Shown piece after piece: positions 34,216-43,561 of a stretch of DNA of 64,000 nucleotides (within the stretch, counting starts at the first letter, position 1; each line of letters starts with the position of its first letter). The position numbers and the translations under genes were made by a program. The DNA comes from an uncultured bacterium (GTDB taxonomy: Bacteria > Chlamydiota > Chlamydiia > Chlamydiales > FEN-1388). The notes beneath the pieces are model-generated. The model was not told the origin of the DNA and ran no database searches. It saw only the letters and a program-made list of their open reading frames with translations. The DNA lies in assembly GCA_964462925.1 (NCBI GenBank), contig CAYWZU010000005.1, positions 18,171-82,170 of the forward strand, read 5' to 3'.

Positions 34216-34244
34216 TTGGAGCAAAGTGTGAGAGGCAGTATACT
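34216..34244 (+). promoter_or_regulatory. Candidate sigma70/66-type promoter for the first MATE gene
   Basis: TTGGAG, a 17-nt spacer, then TATACT, about 40 nt upstream of the ATG at 34286. Confidence 0.35.
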
Positions 34245-34285
34245 GAAGATTTTGCACCTGAAAACTTAAAAATGAAATATTTACT

Positions 34286-35665
34286 ATGCGACCAGCGTAT
34301 CAGCTGACAAAACATCCAATCGGTAGCTTGCGAGAAATTTGGGCAGTTAGCTGGCCGCTCATGCTCAGCCTCTCATCGACTAGCCTTATGACCTTTGCAG
34401 ATAGGCTCTTTCTTGCACACTATAGCGTTCAGGCAATGACCGCAGTTACGTGCGCTAGTGCCTTTTGCTTTGTGCTTATCGCGTTTCCCCTCACTGTCTG
34501 CGAAATCACCGGTGTCTTTGTCGGTAGATACCACGGCCAAAATGAACCTAAAAAAATCGGAAAGCCTGTTTGGCAGATGCTTTGGCTTGCCCTTTTTACC
34601 TGGCCTCTTTTTATGATACTCTCCCGGCTTGTAAGCCCGATGCTTTTTGCCCCCAATTCTTTTGAAGAGACCTACTTCATAACAAGTTTGGATTTTGGGC
34701 CTCTGCAACTTGCTTCATTTGCTTTAATGGGATTTTTTCTTGGCATTGGCAAAACAAAAATTATTACACTGAGTACTGTCCTTGCAAACCTCTTAAATGC
34801 CTGCCTTGCTCCTCTTTTTATTTTTGGCACTACTATCACACCCGCACTTGGTGTAAAAGGAGCAGCTATTGCAACAGGCAGCGCAATGGGCTTTCAGGCG
34901 CTCTTTTTGCTCTTTTTACTCCTCAGAAAGCATAATCGTGAAGAGTATGCAACATCACCTTCCTGGGTACAGCCTAAGCTTATAAAAGAGATGCTCTCAC
35001 TAGGAGTTCCCGCAGGAATTGGTAGAACTGCTGAAAGCGTCGCCCATAGCCTCTTCTTCCGCATCATTGCAATGGCAGGAGCTATTGAGCTTACATCTGC
35101 AACGATTGCGCAAAGTTTTTATATGCTTGTAGTCTTTTGCGTCTATGGCATCTCAAAAGCAATGACTGCCATTATCTCAAACTTAGTTGGAGCAAATGCA
35201 ATCTCGCACATCCCAAAGGCAATATTTTCTGCTTTTAAAATCCACACAGTTCTCTTTTTATTTTTACTTGCCTTTTCTCTTGCTGGCAGTGAACTTGTAC
35301 TTGCCAAAACATTAAATGTGGAAGATAGCCACCTGTTAGAAAGCCCGGAATTTCTTGCCACTGTAAAGACAACACTCTTCTTTATGTCGATCTTCTTTCT
35401 TCTTAAAGGCTTTTCTTGGATTCTTGTTGGCCATCTCACCGCACTTGGCGATACAAAATTTATTATGTATGTAAACGGTTTTACGCACTGGCTTGGCTAT
35501 ATTCTTCCAATCTATCTGCTCGTAAGCTTTTTTGGCGCAGGAGCTGTAGTGGGCTGGACAGTAATTGCCTTCAATGCGCTTGTTGTGGCTTCTATTTTTT
35601 GGTATCGCTCATCTCGTAAGCGGGAAGCTCTCACTTTGAAGGCGCAAGAGGTTCGGATTTCGTAA
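34286..35665 (+). CDS. MATE-family efflux transporter, paralogue 1
   Basis: 459 aa with 12 predicted TM segments. The N-terminus YQLTKHPIGSLREIWAVSWPLMLS...FADRLFLAHYS is typical of NorM-like MATE proteins. Confidence 0.85.
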   Translation: MRPAYQLTKHPIGSLREIWAVSWPLMLSLSSTSLMTFADRLFLAHYSVQAMTAVTCASAFCFVLIAFPLTVCEITGVFVGRYHGQNEPKKIGKPVWQMLWLALFTWPLFMILSRLVSPMLFAPNSFEETYFITSLDFGPLQLASFALMGFFLGIGKTKIITLSTVLANLLNACLAPLFIFGTTITPALGVKGAAIATGSAMGFQALFLLFLLLRKHNREEYATSPSWVQPKLIKEMLSLGVPAGIGRTAESVAHSLFFRIIAMAGAIELTSATIAQSFYMLVVFCVYGISKAMTAIISNLVGANAISHIPKAIFSAFKIHTVLFLFLLAFSLAGSELVLAKTLNVEDSHLLESPEFLATVKTTLFFMSIFFLLKGFSWILVGHLTALGDTKFIMYVNGFTHWLGYILPIYLLVSFFGAGAVVGWTVIAFNALVVASIFWYRSSRKREALTLKAQEVRIS

Positions 35666-35683
35666 GTAGTCAATCAAAAAATT

Positions 35684-35779
35684 ACCACTGACACACAGAG
35701 GCACACGAGAAAAGAGAGAGAAAGAGAAGTAAAATAATTTCTCAAATTTTTTCTCTGAGACGCGGCGTCTCTGCGATAG
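35684..35779 (+). repeat. Dispersed palindromic GA/TC-rich intergenic element, copy C
   Basis: The sequence is ACCACTGACACACAGAGGCACACGAGAAAAGAGAGAGAAAGAGAAGTAAAATAAT...CTCAAATTTTTTCTCTGAGACGCGGCGTCTCTGCGATAG. It starts 18 nt after the MATE-1 stop codon, between the two MATE paralogues. Confidence 0.75.
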
Positions 35780-35832
35780 AATCCTTACAAAACTGTTCAT
35801 TAATAGACTTCTCAGCTATACTTACTCGGATT

Positions 35833-37203
35833 ATGTCTACAAGAGAAAATTATCAACTTACTAAGCACCCCGTTGGTTCATTTGCTGAAATTTGGACCAT
35901 CTGCTGGCCTCTGATGCTGAGCTTTTGCTCTAGCAGCTTTATGCTTTTTGCAGATAGGCTCTACCTTGCGCACTACGGCGTTTTGTCGATGAATGCAATG
36001 GCTGTCGCTGCAAACTTTTGCTTTCTAGTCCTTATTTTTCCTTTTGGCATATGCGAAATTACGGAAGTATTTGTGGGACGCTATCACGGCGAGCATCGCC
36101 ATGATCTTGTCGGCAGGCCTACATGGCAGATTATCTGGCTTGCAATTGCTTCGTGGCCGCTTTTTCTTGTCGCAAGCTATCTATTGTCGCATATACTTTT
36201 TACCCCTGGCTCTCTAGAATCCTTGTACATAAATACTTTCTTAGGATTTGGACCCTTTTTGCTTATTTCGCTTGCGCTCACAGGCTTTTTTGTTGGTATT
36301 GGCAATACGCGTATCATTACCGTCGCTACGATTAGTGCAAATCTAGTTAACATAATACTTGCACCAATCCTTATCTTTGGAACTCCCTTCACGCCCTCAT
36401 TTGGTATTGAGGGGGCAGCTCTTGCTGCAGGTATTTCTCAAACTTTCCAAGCGCTCTTTTTGTTTGTTCGCTTTATACAAAAAAAGATGCGCGAAGAGTT
36501 TCAGACAAAAAATTGTTCCATCGATCTTCCGCTTACCAAAGAGATGCTCAGAATCGGCCTTCCTGCCGGCACAAGCCGCTCTATTGAAGTTCTCGCCCAC
36601 TGCGCATTTTTCTACATTATGGCAAAGGCAGGTCCTGAGCAGCTTACGATTGCAACAATTGTTCAAAGCTTCTTTTTACTTGTAGTCTTTACAAATGATG
36701 CGATCTCTAAGGGCGTTACAGCGATAGTCTCAAATATTATTGGTGCAGGCGTCTACACCCTCATTCCAAAGGTTTTGAGAGCTGCCTATAGGCTTATGGC
36801 AGGCCTCTTTGTGGTTGCCACAGCGCTTTGCCTCTCGATGGCAGATACCCTTTTTGAATTTGTCCTCCATGAAGAAGATAAGCTGCTCCTTGCCGACCCT
36901 ACCTTTGTCTATACGTTGAAGGTGTGCATGAGCATGATGTGCCTCTTCTTTTTGTTTGACGGCTTCTGGTGGATAGTCATTGGCCACCTTACTGCAATTG
37001 GCGACACAAAATTTATTTTATATGCAAATGCGCTTAGCCAGTGGTTTGTCTATGTTATCCCTACCTATCTTCTTGTTATGTTTGCCGATGGTGGAGCTCT
37101 TGCCGGCTGGTCTATGGTCACGATAAATTCGGCAGTTCTCTTTGGACTCTTCTGGTGGAGATCCCGCTCGCAGCTTAAAAAAGCAATCGGACATCTTGCG
37201 TGA
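35833..37203 (+). CDS. MATE-family efflux transporter, paralogue 2
   Basis: 456 aa. It is collinear with paralogue 1 (YQLTKHPVGSFAEIWTICWPLMLS...FADRLYLAHYG; HLTAIGDTKFILY versus HLTALGDTKFIMY). Confidence 0.85.
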   Translation: MSTRENYQLTKHPVGSFAEIWTICWPLMLSFCSSSFMLFADRLYLAHYGVLSMNAMAVAANFCFLVLIFPFGICEITEVFVGRYHGEHRHDLVGRPTWQIIWLAIASWPLFLVASYLLSHILFTPGSLESLYINTFLGFGPFLLISLALTGFFVGIGNTRIITVATISANLVNIILAPILIFGTPFTPSFGIEGAALAAGISQTFQALFLFVRFIQKKMREEFQTKNCSIDLPLTKEMLRIGLPAGTSRSIEVLAHCAFFYIMAKAGPEQLTIATIVQSFFLLVVFTNDAISKGVTAIVSNIIGAGVYTLIPKVLRAAYRLMAGLFVVATALCLSMADTLFEFVLHEEDKLLLADPTFVYTLKVCMSMMCLFFLFDGFWWIVIGHLTAIGDTKFILYANALSQWFVYVIPTYLLVMFADGGALAGWSMVTINSAVLFGLFWWRSRSQLKKAIGHLA

Positions 37204-38063
37204 AAAGAACTCTGCTCTTCATCCTTCTTCTTCTCATCGGCATCTGGGGCTATAGAAAGCTAAATGACAATTTTAGCATAGATAATATCACGCTAAAAAT
37301 ATGGCCAAAAGTCGAAAAAGCCCCAAAAAACAATCCAGAATACCTCAAAATTTTAGATCAGCCCTTTCGCTATCTCGGAAAGGGGCGCCAATCCTTTGTC
37401 TTTGAAAGTGCAGATAATCAGTATGTCTTGAAGTTTATAAAATGCCAGCGCGTGAATGTGACGGACTTTTATAAAACGATGCCCCTTCCCCGTTTCTTAG
37501 ACAAAAAGCGCAAGGCAAACCTCTATGAAAGACAAGATAGAGTACAAAGGCTCTTCAATAGCATGTCACTTGCCTACGATCCGCTCTCAAAGCTCACGGG
37601 AACGCTCTATCTTCATATAACCCAGGAGCCTATAGAGCCTGTAGAGCTGATTGATAAACTTGGCTTTTCTCACCATGCCGATCTCACAAATGTACCTTTT
37701 GCGATTCAGATAAAAGCAAAAAAAATAATGCCCGTCCTAAAGGAGCTCTACAAAAAAGGCGATAAACTAGGTTTAGAAAAACGCCTCGATCAGATTATCC
37801 ATCTTTTTACCGAGCGGGCAAAACTTGGCATCTCAAATAGAGACTCTAGCCTTCTTGAGCATGACAATATAGGCTTTACAAACGATAGCGCTATTTACGT
37901 AGACATTGGCACCTTCAAACGCTCTAAAAAGGCAAGCACACCAAAAGCCCTAAAATGGGACTTCAAAAGGCTAAAACCACTTCAGAAATGGCTAAAAAGC
38001 AAAGATAAGGCACTTGCTGAGTCATTTTCTCAAAAAATCCAAAATGCAATAGAAAATCCCTAA
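37200..38063 (+). CDS. N-terminally anchored protein with a possible atypical protein-kinase-like fold
   Basis: 287 aa; its GTG start overlaps the MATE-2 stop (GTGA). A single TM segment is present. LGKGRQSFVFESADNQYVLKFIK is Gly-loop plus VxK-like. ISNRDSSLLEHDNIGF...IYVDIGTF is catalytic-loop plus DxG-like. Confidence 0.35.
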   Translation: MKRTLLFILLLLIGIWGYRKLNDNFSIDNITLKIWPKVEKAPKNNPEYLKILDQPFRYLGKGRQSFVFESADNQYVLKFIKCQRVNVTDFYKTMPLPRFLDKKRKANLYERQDRVQRLFNSMSLAYDPLSKLTGTLYLHITQEPIEPVELIDKLGFSHHADLTNVPFAIQIKAKKIMPVLKELYKKGDKLGLEKRLDQIIHLFTERAKLGISNRDSSLLEHDNIGFTNDSAIYVDIGTFKRSKKASTPKALKWDFKRLKPLQKWLKSKDKALAESFSQKIQNAIENP

Positions 38064-38078
38064 AAGAGAACCTCCTGT

Positions 38079-38573
38079 ATGATTCCAGACAGACACCCAA
38101 CGTTTTCCACAAGTAACACTCCTCTTCCACCTGTAGAAACCAACGGAAAGAGAACCGTTGTCAACTATTCACTAACGATTGAAGAAGTACTCTATGCGTA
38201 CTGGCAACAGCCTCATATTCAATCAGCTCTTGAGCAAAAAGCAAACTTTGTTTTTCTTACTACCTCGCAAGAGATGCAAGCCTCTTTTACAGCCTATTCA
38301 GCTGGTTTACAAGACAGAACTTTTACTCAAGATGCCCTCAAGATTGAAACCCTTTCTAAATCTATCCAGGAAAAGACAGCAGCCTACGTGCTCAATACCT
38401 TGAAAATTTCTGGGAAAGAAAAAGAACTGGAGCAAGAAAAAGAGCTAATGGAACACGCCAAAGTACTAGCAAATAGACACGTAGAGGGAAGATCTGGCTG
38501 CATGTTTACAGAGAGGCAAGCTCGGCACATACTCACCTTCTTAAATCACTTGAACGCTCAGGCTAAAAAATAG
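38079..38573 (+). CDS. Hypothetical protein
   Basis: 164 aa. It lies 15 nt downstream of the previous gene and I recognised no motif. Confidence 0.45.
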   Translation: MIPDRHPTFSTSNTPLPPVETNGKRTVVNYSLTIEEVLYAYWQQPHIQSALEQKANFVFLTTSQEMQASFTAYSAGLQDRTFTQDALKIETLSKSIQEKTAAYVLNTLKISGKEKELEQEKELMEHAKVLANRHVEGRSGCMFTERQARHILTFLNHLNAQAKK

Positions 38574-38651
38574 AGTAAGCCTCTATATAGGTGCTGGATA
38601 TGCTTTATTCAGCGCCTAAAATAATGTCGTCGACTTCATGCAAGTAATCTT

Positions 38652-39029
38652 TTACAGAGACGAAATGCCATTCGTTAAGTAAAAAATAAGGAAAAGCCCA
38701 ATAAAGAGTATCACAAGGGTAAGTATAGCATTCAGTGTCGATGAAGAGGAAAAAGTTGCTGTCTCGATCTCTTTTTCTATTTTCTTGTACTTTAAAAATG
38801 CAAGAAGGGCAAGTAAAAGGCCAATGCCCACAACTACGATGCCAAATAGAGCTGAGTAGCCGTGAGAGAGTAGATTCTTATCCTCAACTACAATGCCAAT
38901 TTCTCTGACAAAGAGCCCAAATTTTTCAACAACAAATCCAAAGGCCATAATGCCAAGGCTTGTTCTAATCCAGGCAAGAAAGGTTCTTTCATTAGCAAGA
39001 TGCTCTCTTGCTTTTCCTTCATATTCCAT
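38652..39029 (-). CDS. DUF202 (YidH) family membrane protein
   Basis: 125 aa. It has the hallmark LANERTFLAWIRTSL followed by three TM helices. Confidence 0.8.
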   Translation of the reverse strand: MEYEGKAREHLANERTFLAWIRTSLGIMAFGFVVEKFGLFVREIGIVVEDKNLLSHGYSALFGIVVVGIGLLLALLAFLKYKKIEKEIETATFSSSSTLNAILTLVILFIGLFLIFYLTNGISSL

Positions 39030-39037
39030 TTTTTCAC

Positions 39038-39799
39038 CTATACATAGATCATCTTTTTGGTCATGCCGCCATCAACTACGAAATTTTGGCCTGTGATGAA
39101 TCCTGATTCTTTGTTATCTGCTAAAAAGAGTGCCATCTTTGCAATGTCCTCTGGCTCGCCTACTCTTCCGACTGGATGCTGCTCATGATCCTTATGGGTG
39201 ATTTTCTGAGGCTCGCCCTGAGGCGATGGCGGATTGGATGCTGCTTTTGACTCGTAATGCTGCACATCAATCCAGCCAGGAGATATAGCATTTACTCTGA
39301 TGCGATTTTCAGCTAAGGACATTGCCATCGCGTGGGTAAGGGCAATAATTCCTCCCTTGCTTGCGCTATAGCCTTCTGTATGAGGCTCGCTTTGCAAAGC
39401 TCTTGTTGAGCTGATATTGATGATGGCGCCATCTTCCATATGCTTTGCTGCATAGTGAGAGAATAAAAACGCACCTCTGAGGTTGGTATTGATCACCTTT
39501 TCAAAACAGGTGATGGCATCATCGTCAAGTGGATCAATATTCAAACTAATGCCGGCGTTGTTGACAAGGACATCAATTTTGTTTTCTTTGTCTATAACCT
39601 TATCTACTGCTGCCTGTACTTCTATTTGATCACTTACATCTGCCTGAATGAAAACCGCTCCTACCTTCGACTCAAGTTCCTTTCCAGCTCCAGTGTCAGT
39701 ATCGACAAAGTAGACCTTATCCCCTCTTAAAGCAAATGCCTCACAAAGCGCTCGTCCTATTCCTTTAGCTCCCCCAGTAACTAAAACAACTCTTTTCAT
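39038..39799 (-). CDS. Short-chain dehydrogenase/reductase (SDR)
   Basis: 253 aa with VTGGAKGIGRA, NNAGI and the catalytic YSASKGG motif. Confidence 0.9.
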   Translation of the reverse strand: MKRVVLVTGGAKGIGRALCEAFALRGDKVYFVDTDTGAGKELESKVGAVFIQADVSDQIEVQAAVDKVIDKENKIDVLVNNAGISLNIDPLDDDAITCFEKVINTNLRGAFLFSHYAAKHMEDGAIINISSTRALQSEPHTEGYSASKGGIIALTHAMAMSLAENRIRVNAISPGWIDVQHYESKAASNPPSPQGEPQKITHKDHEQHPVGRVGEPEDIAKMALFLADNKESGFITGQNFVVDGGMTKKMIYV

Positions 39800-40071
39800 A
39801 GAGCACGCTCCTTTTGCCTAGAGTATCACGTGAGAGGCAATTGATGCGAACGTAAATATGCTATTTGATATCTAGATCTAAAAGTAGCGACTTAGCAGCT
39901 TCATGAAACTGGGAGATAGTTTCAGTAAAAACCTGCTCATCACAGCCTTGAATAGGCCTTAGCATGCTATAGATAAGAAGCGACTGGCCAGGAACGAGTC
40001 CGATTGCACCGCCCCGGGTCTTTGGAATGAAAAAAGGCCTAAGGGTCAAAAACCACTTAGGCCATATGATT

Positions 40072-40434
40072 TTAGGACATGCTATAGGCTTTAGAGCAAG
40101 CTTCAGCACATTCGCGGCAGGCACTAGCACATTCTTGGCAGTGTTTGGACTGCATTTTTTGGCACTCATCAGCACAATAGGTGCAGATTTGTGAGCAAAG
40201 GTCCATTATTTGCTCTTTAAAGTCAGACTGGCAGCTTGCTGCTTTTATTGCTAATGCGCAGGTATCTGCACATTCCATGCAGGCACAGGCTGTCTTCTTA
40301 TTTCCCTCTTCGATGCATTTTTTTGCGCATGATGCGCAAATACTCATGCATTCCATCATAGTACGCATATGAGAGCTATCTGTTTGAGGAAACTCTGAAT
40401 ATTTTCCTCTTCCTTCATTTTTTTGATTAGCCAT
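40072..40434 (-). CDS. Cys-rich four-helix-bundle copper-binding protein (DUF326 / Csp3-like)
   Basis: 120 aa from the ATG that lies 6 nt after AAAGGAG. It has 18 Cys arranged in CxxxC/CxxC helical patterns (CASCAKKC, CMECADTC, CSQICTYCADEC, CQECASACRECAEAC) and no signal peptide. Confidence 0.7.
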   Translation of the reverse strand: MANQKNEGRGKYSEFPQTDSSHMRTMMECMSICASCAKKCIEEGNKKTACACMECADTCALAIKAASCQSDFKEQIMDLCSQICTYCADECQKMQSKHCQECASACRECAEACSKAYSMS

Positions 40435-40552
40435 GAGGACTCCTTTGGTTGGTTGTAAAAGCATTGATACGGAGCGACTTTCAATGCTCCTCTTCCTATA
40501 CCTGAGTCAAAGGGATTTTAGCAAAGTGAAATAAGGACTGTAGAAGACTTTG

Positions 40553-40595
40553 AAAAAACTTCCCAGGTCACAGAAAGTGCCCCTGGGAAGTTTTT
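40553..40595 (-). terminator. Rho-independent terminator (bidirectional architecture) downstream of the 40613-41104 gene
   Basis: AAAAAA, then AACTTCCCAGG, a 14-nt loop, then CCTGGGAAGTT and TTT. The 11-bp stem is perfect. It lies 18 nt beyond the stop at 40613. Confidence 0.75.
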
Positions 40596-40612
40596 CAAGG
40601 AAAACCCGTAGC

Positions 40613-41104
40613 TTAGGTTTGCACCGGCTGACCTTGCTTTCCTTGGCTTGCATCGTAGCCCAGCTTGCTGATGATGCCAAGGTAGGTTGCGGTGAGGATC
40701 AGGGTTGGGCTAAAGCTTGTAAGACCAAGTACGCCTGAAGCAGCGCCCACAACTGCAAAAGAGACAAATATTGCAGGCTTAAACTTCTCGTAGCTTGCTT
40801 CCAAACGATCAATTGCTTCTTTTCGTGCAGTCTGCATATCGCTTCCAGTAAAGAGGGCATGAATTGTTGGAGAAATCGCCCAGCCTACTTTGACAACTCC
40901 GTAAATGATGGCTGCGCTCTTAAACACACCTGTCAAAAGACTTAAGCTGCAGAAGATCTCAGGAACTGCCCTGCATACTTTTTCTGCAATATCATGAAGA
41001 TGTTCAGGAAGTGCATTTTTTGCAGTCGATACTAATCTATCTTCTGTTTCAACATAAAAATTTTGTGCGCGTGTTACATATTCGCCGATCGAAAAACCTG
41101 CCAT
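40613..41104 (-). CDS. Hypothetical membrane protein with paired hydrophobic segments
   Basis: 163 aa with an AAGGAG RBS. Hydrophobic pairs are IFCSLSLLTGVFKSAAIIYGVVKVGWAI and AIFVSFAVVGAASGVLGLTSFSPTLILTATYLGII. Confidence 0.55.
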   Translation of the reverse strand: MAGFSIGEYVTRAQNFYVETEDRLVSTAKNALPEHLHDIAEKVCRAVPEIFCSLSLLTGVFKSAAIIYGVVKVGWAISPTIHALFTGSDMQTARKEAIDRLEASYEKFKPAIFVSFAVVGAASGVLGLTSFSPTLILTATYLGIISKLGYDASQGKQGQPVQT

Positions 41105-41180
41105 TTGAATAGCTCCTTACTCTGTTTTTCTCGACAGAATAAATGGCGCACCTAATTAAGTTCAAGAAATGGATCAAAGA

Positions 41181-42341
41181 TCAATAAATGGAACACAAAA
41201 AGCTTTTTAGGTAATTAGACTCAGGATGATAAATATTGAGCGGATGATCAAATGCTAAGCGATGTTTTTGCAGGATGCGAAGCTCTCGCTTAGCTTCCCG
41301 GCTTGCATGAAACAGCATCTTTAGAAAAAGCTCTTCATCGACATGGTAGCTGCATGAACAGGTAAGAAGGAGCGATCCTTTTGTCATCTTTAACAGCGCC
41401 TGCCTATTGATCTCTTGATAGCCTTTTACAGCTCGTTCAACATCAGATTTTCTCTTTGCAAATGCAGGAGGATCTAAGATTACAAGGTCATAATTAAGCG
41501 GCTCTTCTCGCAAAAAGTCAAAGCAGTCTGCTACCTTTTCAGAGTGGCGAGATGGCTCTATACCATTTAGCTCCATATGCTTTGTCGTCTGCAAGATCGC
41601 ATCTTTGGAAATATCAACAGAAGTAACTAAACTTGCCCCACTCTTTGCAGCATGGCATGAAAAAGCACCTGTATAGCTAAAGCAGTTGAGGACTCTCTTA
41701 TCTTTAGAAAGCTCTCCTACAAGCGTCCTCATCTCGCGAAGGTCTTGGAAAAAGCCCGTCTTTTGCCCTTTGAGAGGATTTACATAAAATTTTACATCAC
41801 CTTCATAGATCAAAATATCTTCCTGAGGAGTTCCATAGAGCGTCTCTCGGCACTCTGATAGTCCTTCCTCCTTCCGAGCTGCACTTGTTGATGCCTCATA
41901 TATCCAGGAGGGCTTGAGCACATCTTTAAGTATCTCTACAATAAAGGCCTTTTGTCTTTGCATTCCAAGCGTAGATATCTGGATAACCAGCACATCATTA
42001 TACTGGTCTACAATAAGCCCGGGAAGAAGGTCACCCTCAGCATTTACAAGTCTAGTGGCATTTGTTTTTGTACCCTGCAGACGTCTTCGAAGATCAATCG
42101 CCTGCAAAATATGCTCTTTAATAGCAATATAAGGGTCTTTATCCTCAAAGGTAAGCATCCTGCCTGTGATATTTGACTTTTTATTAAAGTAGCCAAAGCC
42201 AAGATGCTCCCCTTTATGCGAATACAGAGGCAAAATATCGCCATCAGTAAAGGCAGGAAGGGATGCTATTGCTCCAGAAAATACCCAGGGGTGTCGGCTG
42301 TAGAGGGATTTTTCTCTACCCGGTTTTAGTATAATACGCAC
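41181..42341 (-). CDS. rlmI: 23S rRNA (cytosine1962-C5)-methyltransferase RlmI
   Basis: It has a PUA-like N-terminus [25 protein letters not shown] (compare E. coli [25 protein letters not shown]) and the SAM motifs [12 protein letters not shown] and [11 protein letters not shown]. The GTG at 42341 is preferred to the ORF-track TTG at 42392. Confidence 0.85.
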   Translation of the reverse strand: [386 protein letters not shown]

Positions 42342-43524
42342 GTTCAGATCTCGAGTCAGAGTAGATAAAGAAAAAGAGGGCAAAAAGGCCAATACAGGTT
42401 ACAAAATATAAAGGGTAGATTGTAGAAAAACTTGCCACAAAAGATCCAAGGGCAGGAGCTACAATATATCCCCAATTTTCTACGCTATAAAGTATGCCTT
42501 GACGGGTTCCTTGGGTTGTTAGAGTTCCCGCAAGAGAAAGCCTTGCCTCAATATTTGTATTGAGCACAGAAAAGCAAAAAAGAACGCCAAAAAAGCCGAT
42601 AAACCAAAATGCACCGCCTTTACTAAAGCAAAGTGCAGAGGCAGTAGCGCAAAGCAGGATAAATACTCCCCCTAAAACCTTACCTACACGCTCTGCATAA
42701 CGCACCACAAAAAGCTGATTGATAGATGCAGCAAGCCCGACAAGAGACGCAAAGTAATTTACGATGGAAGGATTATCCCCAATACGTTCAAAAAGCACAA
42801 AAGGAGCAAACTTTACAAAGACCGCGTAGCCTGTGATAAGGAGTACAAAGACTAAAAGAAGCGGATAGTTTGTCTTTACAAGGTTCATAAAGAGAGGAAA
42901 TGCTTTTCCGGACTCTTCCTGAGAACACGTATCACAAAAATGAGGGAAGGTAAAGGTATAGAGAAAGCAGCAAAATGAGAGCGCACTTGAGATATAGAAG
43001 AGGGGCCAGTAGCTAACTTCATTTAGTAAAAATTTAAATATAAACACACCAGCCAGAGGAATAGCGAGCTTTACAACCCCTTTAATAAAAGCAAGCTTTG
43101 CAAACTCCTTCACGCGCTCTTCAGGCTTTGTAAGTGATGCGATGAGGGATTTTCCTACAGGAGAGGCGCAGCCGATTACACCGGGGATGAAAAGGGCAAG
43201 AAGTGCAAGAGGAAAGCTCTGAAACCAGGCTGCAACCCCAAGCAAACTATAACATGTACAGTTTGCAAGATGAATTTTTCGCAGTATAGATACTTTAGAG
43301 CGCCTTTCATCAAGCTGCTTTCCAACGTAGGGCGAAACAATCATCAACAAAAAGGGATATATGCCTACGAGAAGTGCATAGGCAAAAAGGCGAAAATTCA
43401 TCGACGTTTCTGCACTAAAAAGCCCTCTATGCTCATCCAGGCCAAGCAGGATAATATAGGGAGCTGCAAAGTAGTAGGCAACGAGTTCAAGACCAAGTAT
43501 AAAACGAAGACGGCTTGCTATCAT
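42316..43524 (-). CDS. MFS transporter
   Basis: 402 aa with 12 hydrophobic segments and the loop motif GKQLDERRSKV between TM2 and TM3. Confidence 0.7.
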   Translation of the reverse strand: MIASRLRFILGLELVAYYFAAPYIILLGLDEHRGLFSAETSMNFRLFAYALLVGIYPFLLMIVSPYVGKQLDERRSKVSILRKIHLANCTCYSLLGVAAWFQSFPLALLALFIPGVIGCASPVGKSLIASLTKPEERVKEFAKLAFIKGVVKLAIPLAGVFIFKFLLNEVSYWPLFYISSALSFCCFLYTFTFPHFCDTCSQEESGKAFPLFMNLVKTNYPLLLVFVLLITGYAVFVKFAPFVLFERIGDNPSIVNYFASLVGLAASINQLFVVRYAERVGKVLGGVFILLCATASALCFSKGGAFWFIGFFGVLFCFSVLNTNIEARLSLAGTLTTQGTRQGILYSVENWGYIVAPALGSFVASFSTIYPLYFVTCIGLFALFFFIYSDSRSERAYYTKTG

Positions 43525-43561
43525 AGTACAAACAAGTTTACCCTATGTATACTGTTTCTTA

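Noticed and set aside
39861-40175. A 104-aa minus-strand ORF between the SDR and the Csp-like gene.
   Set aside because: Its 5' third overlaps the 3' end of the Cys-rich gene in another frame. It has no RBS and no motif. The remaining 270-nt gap may hold a small gene, but I cannot support one.
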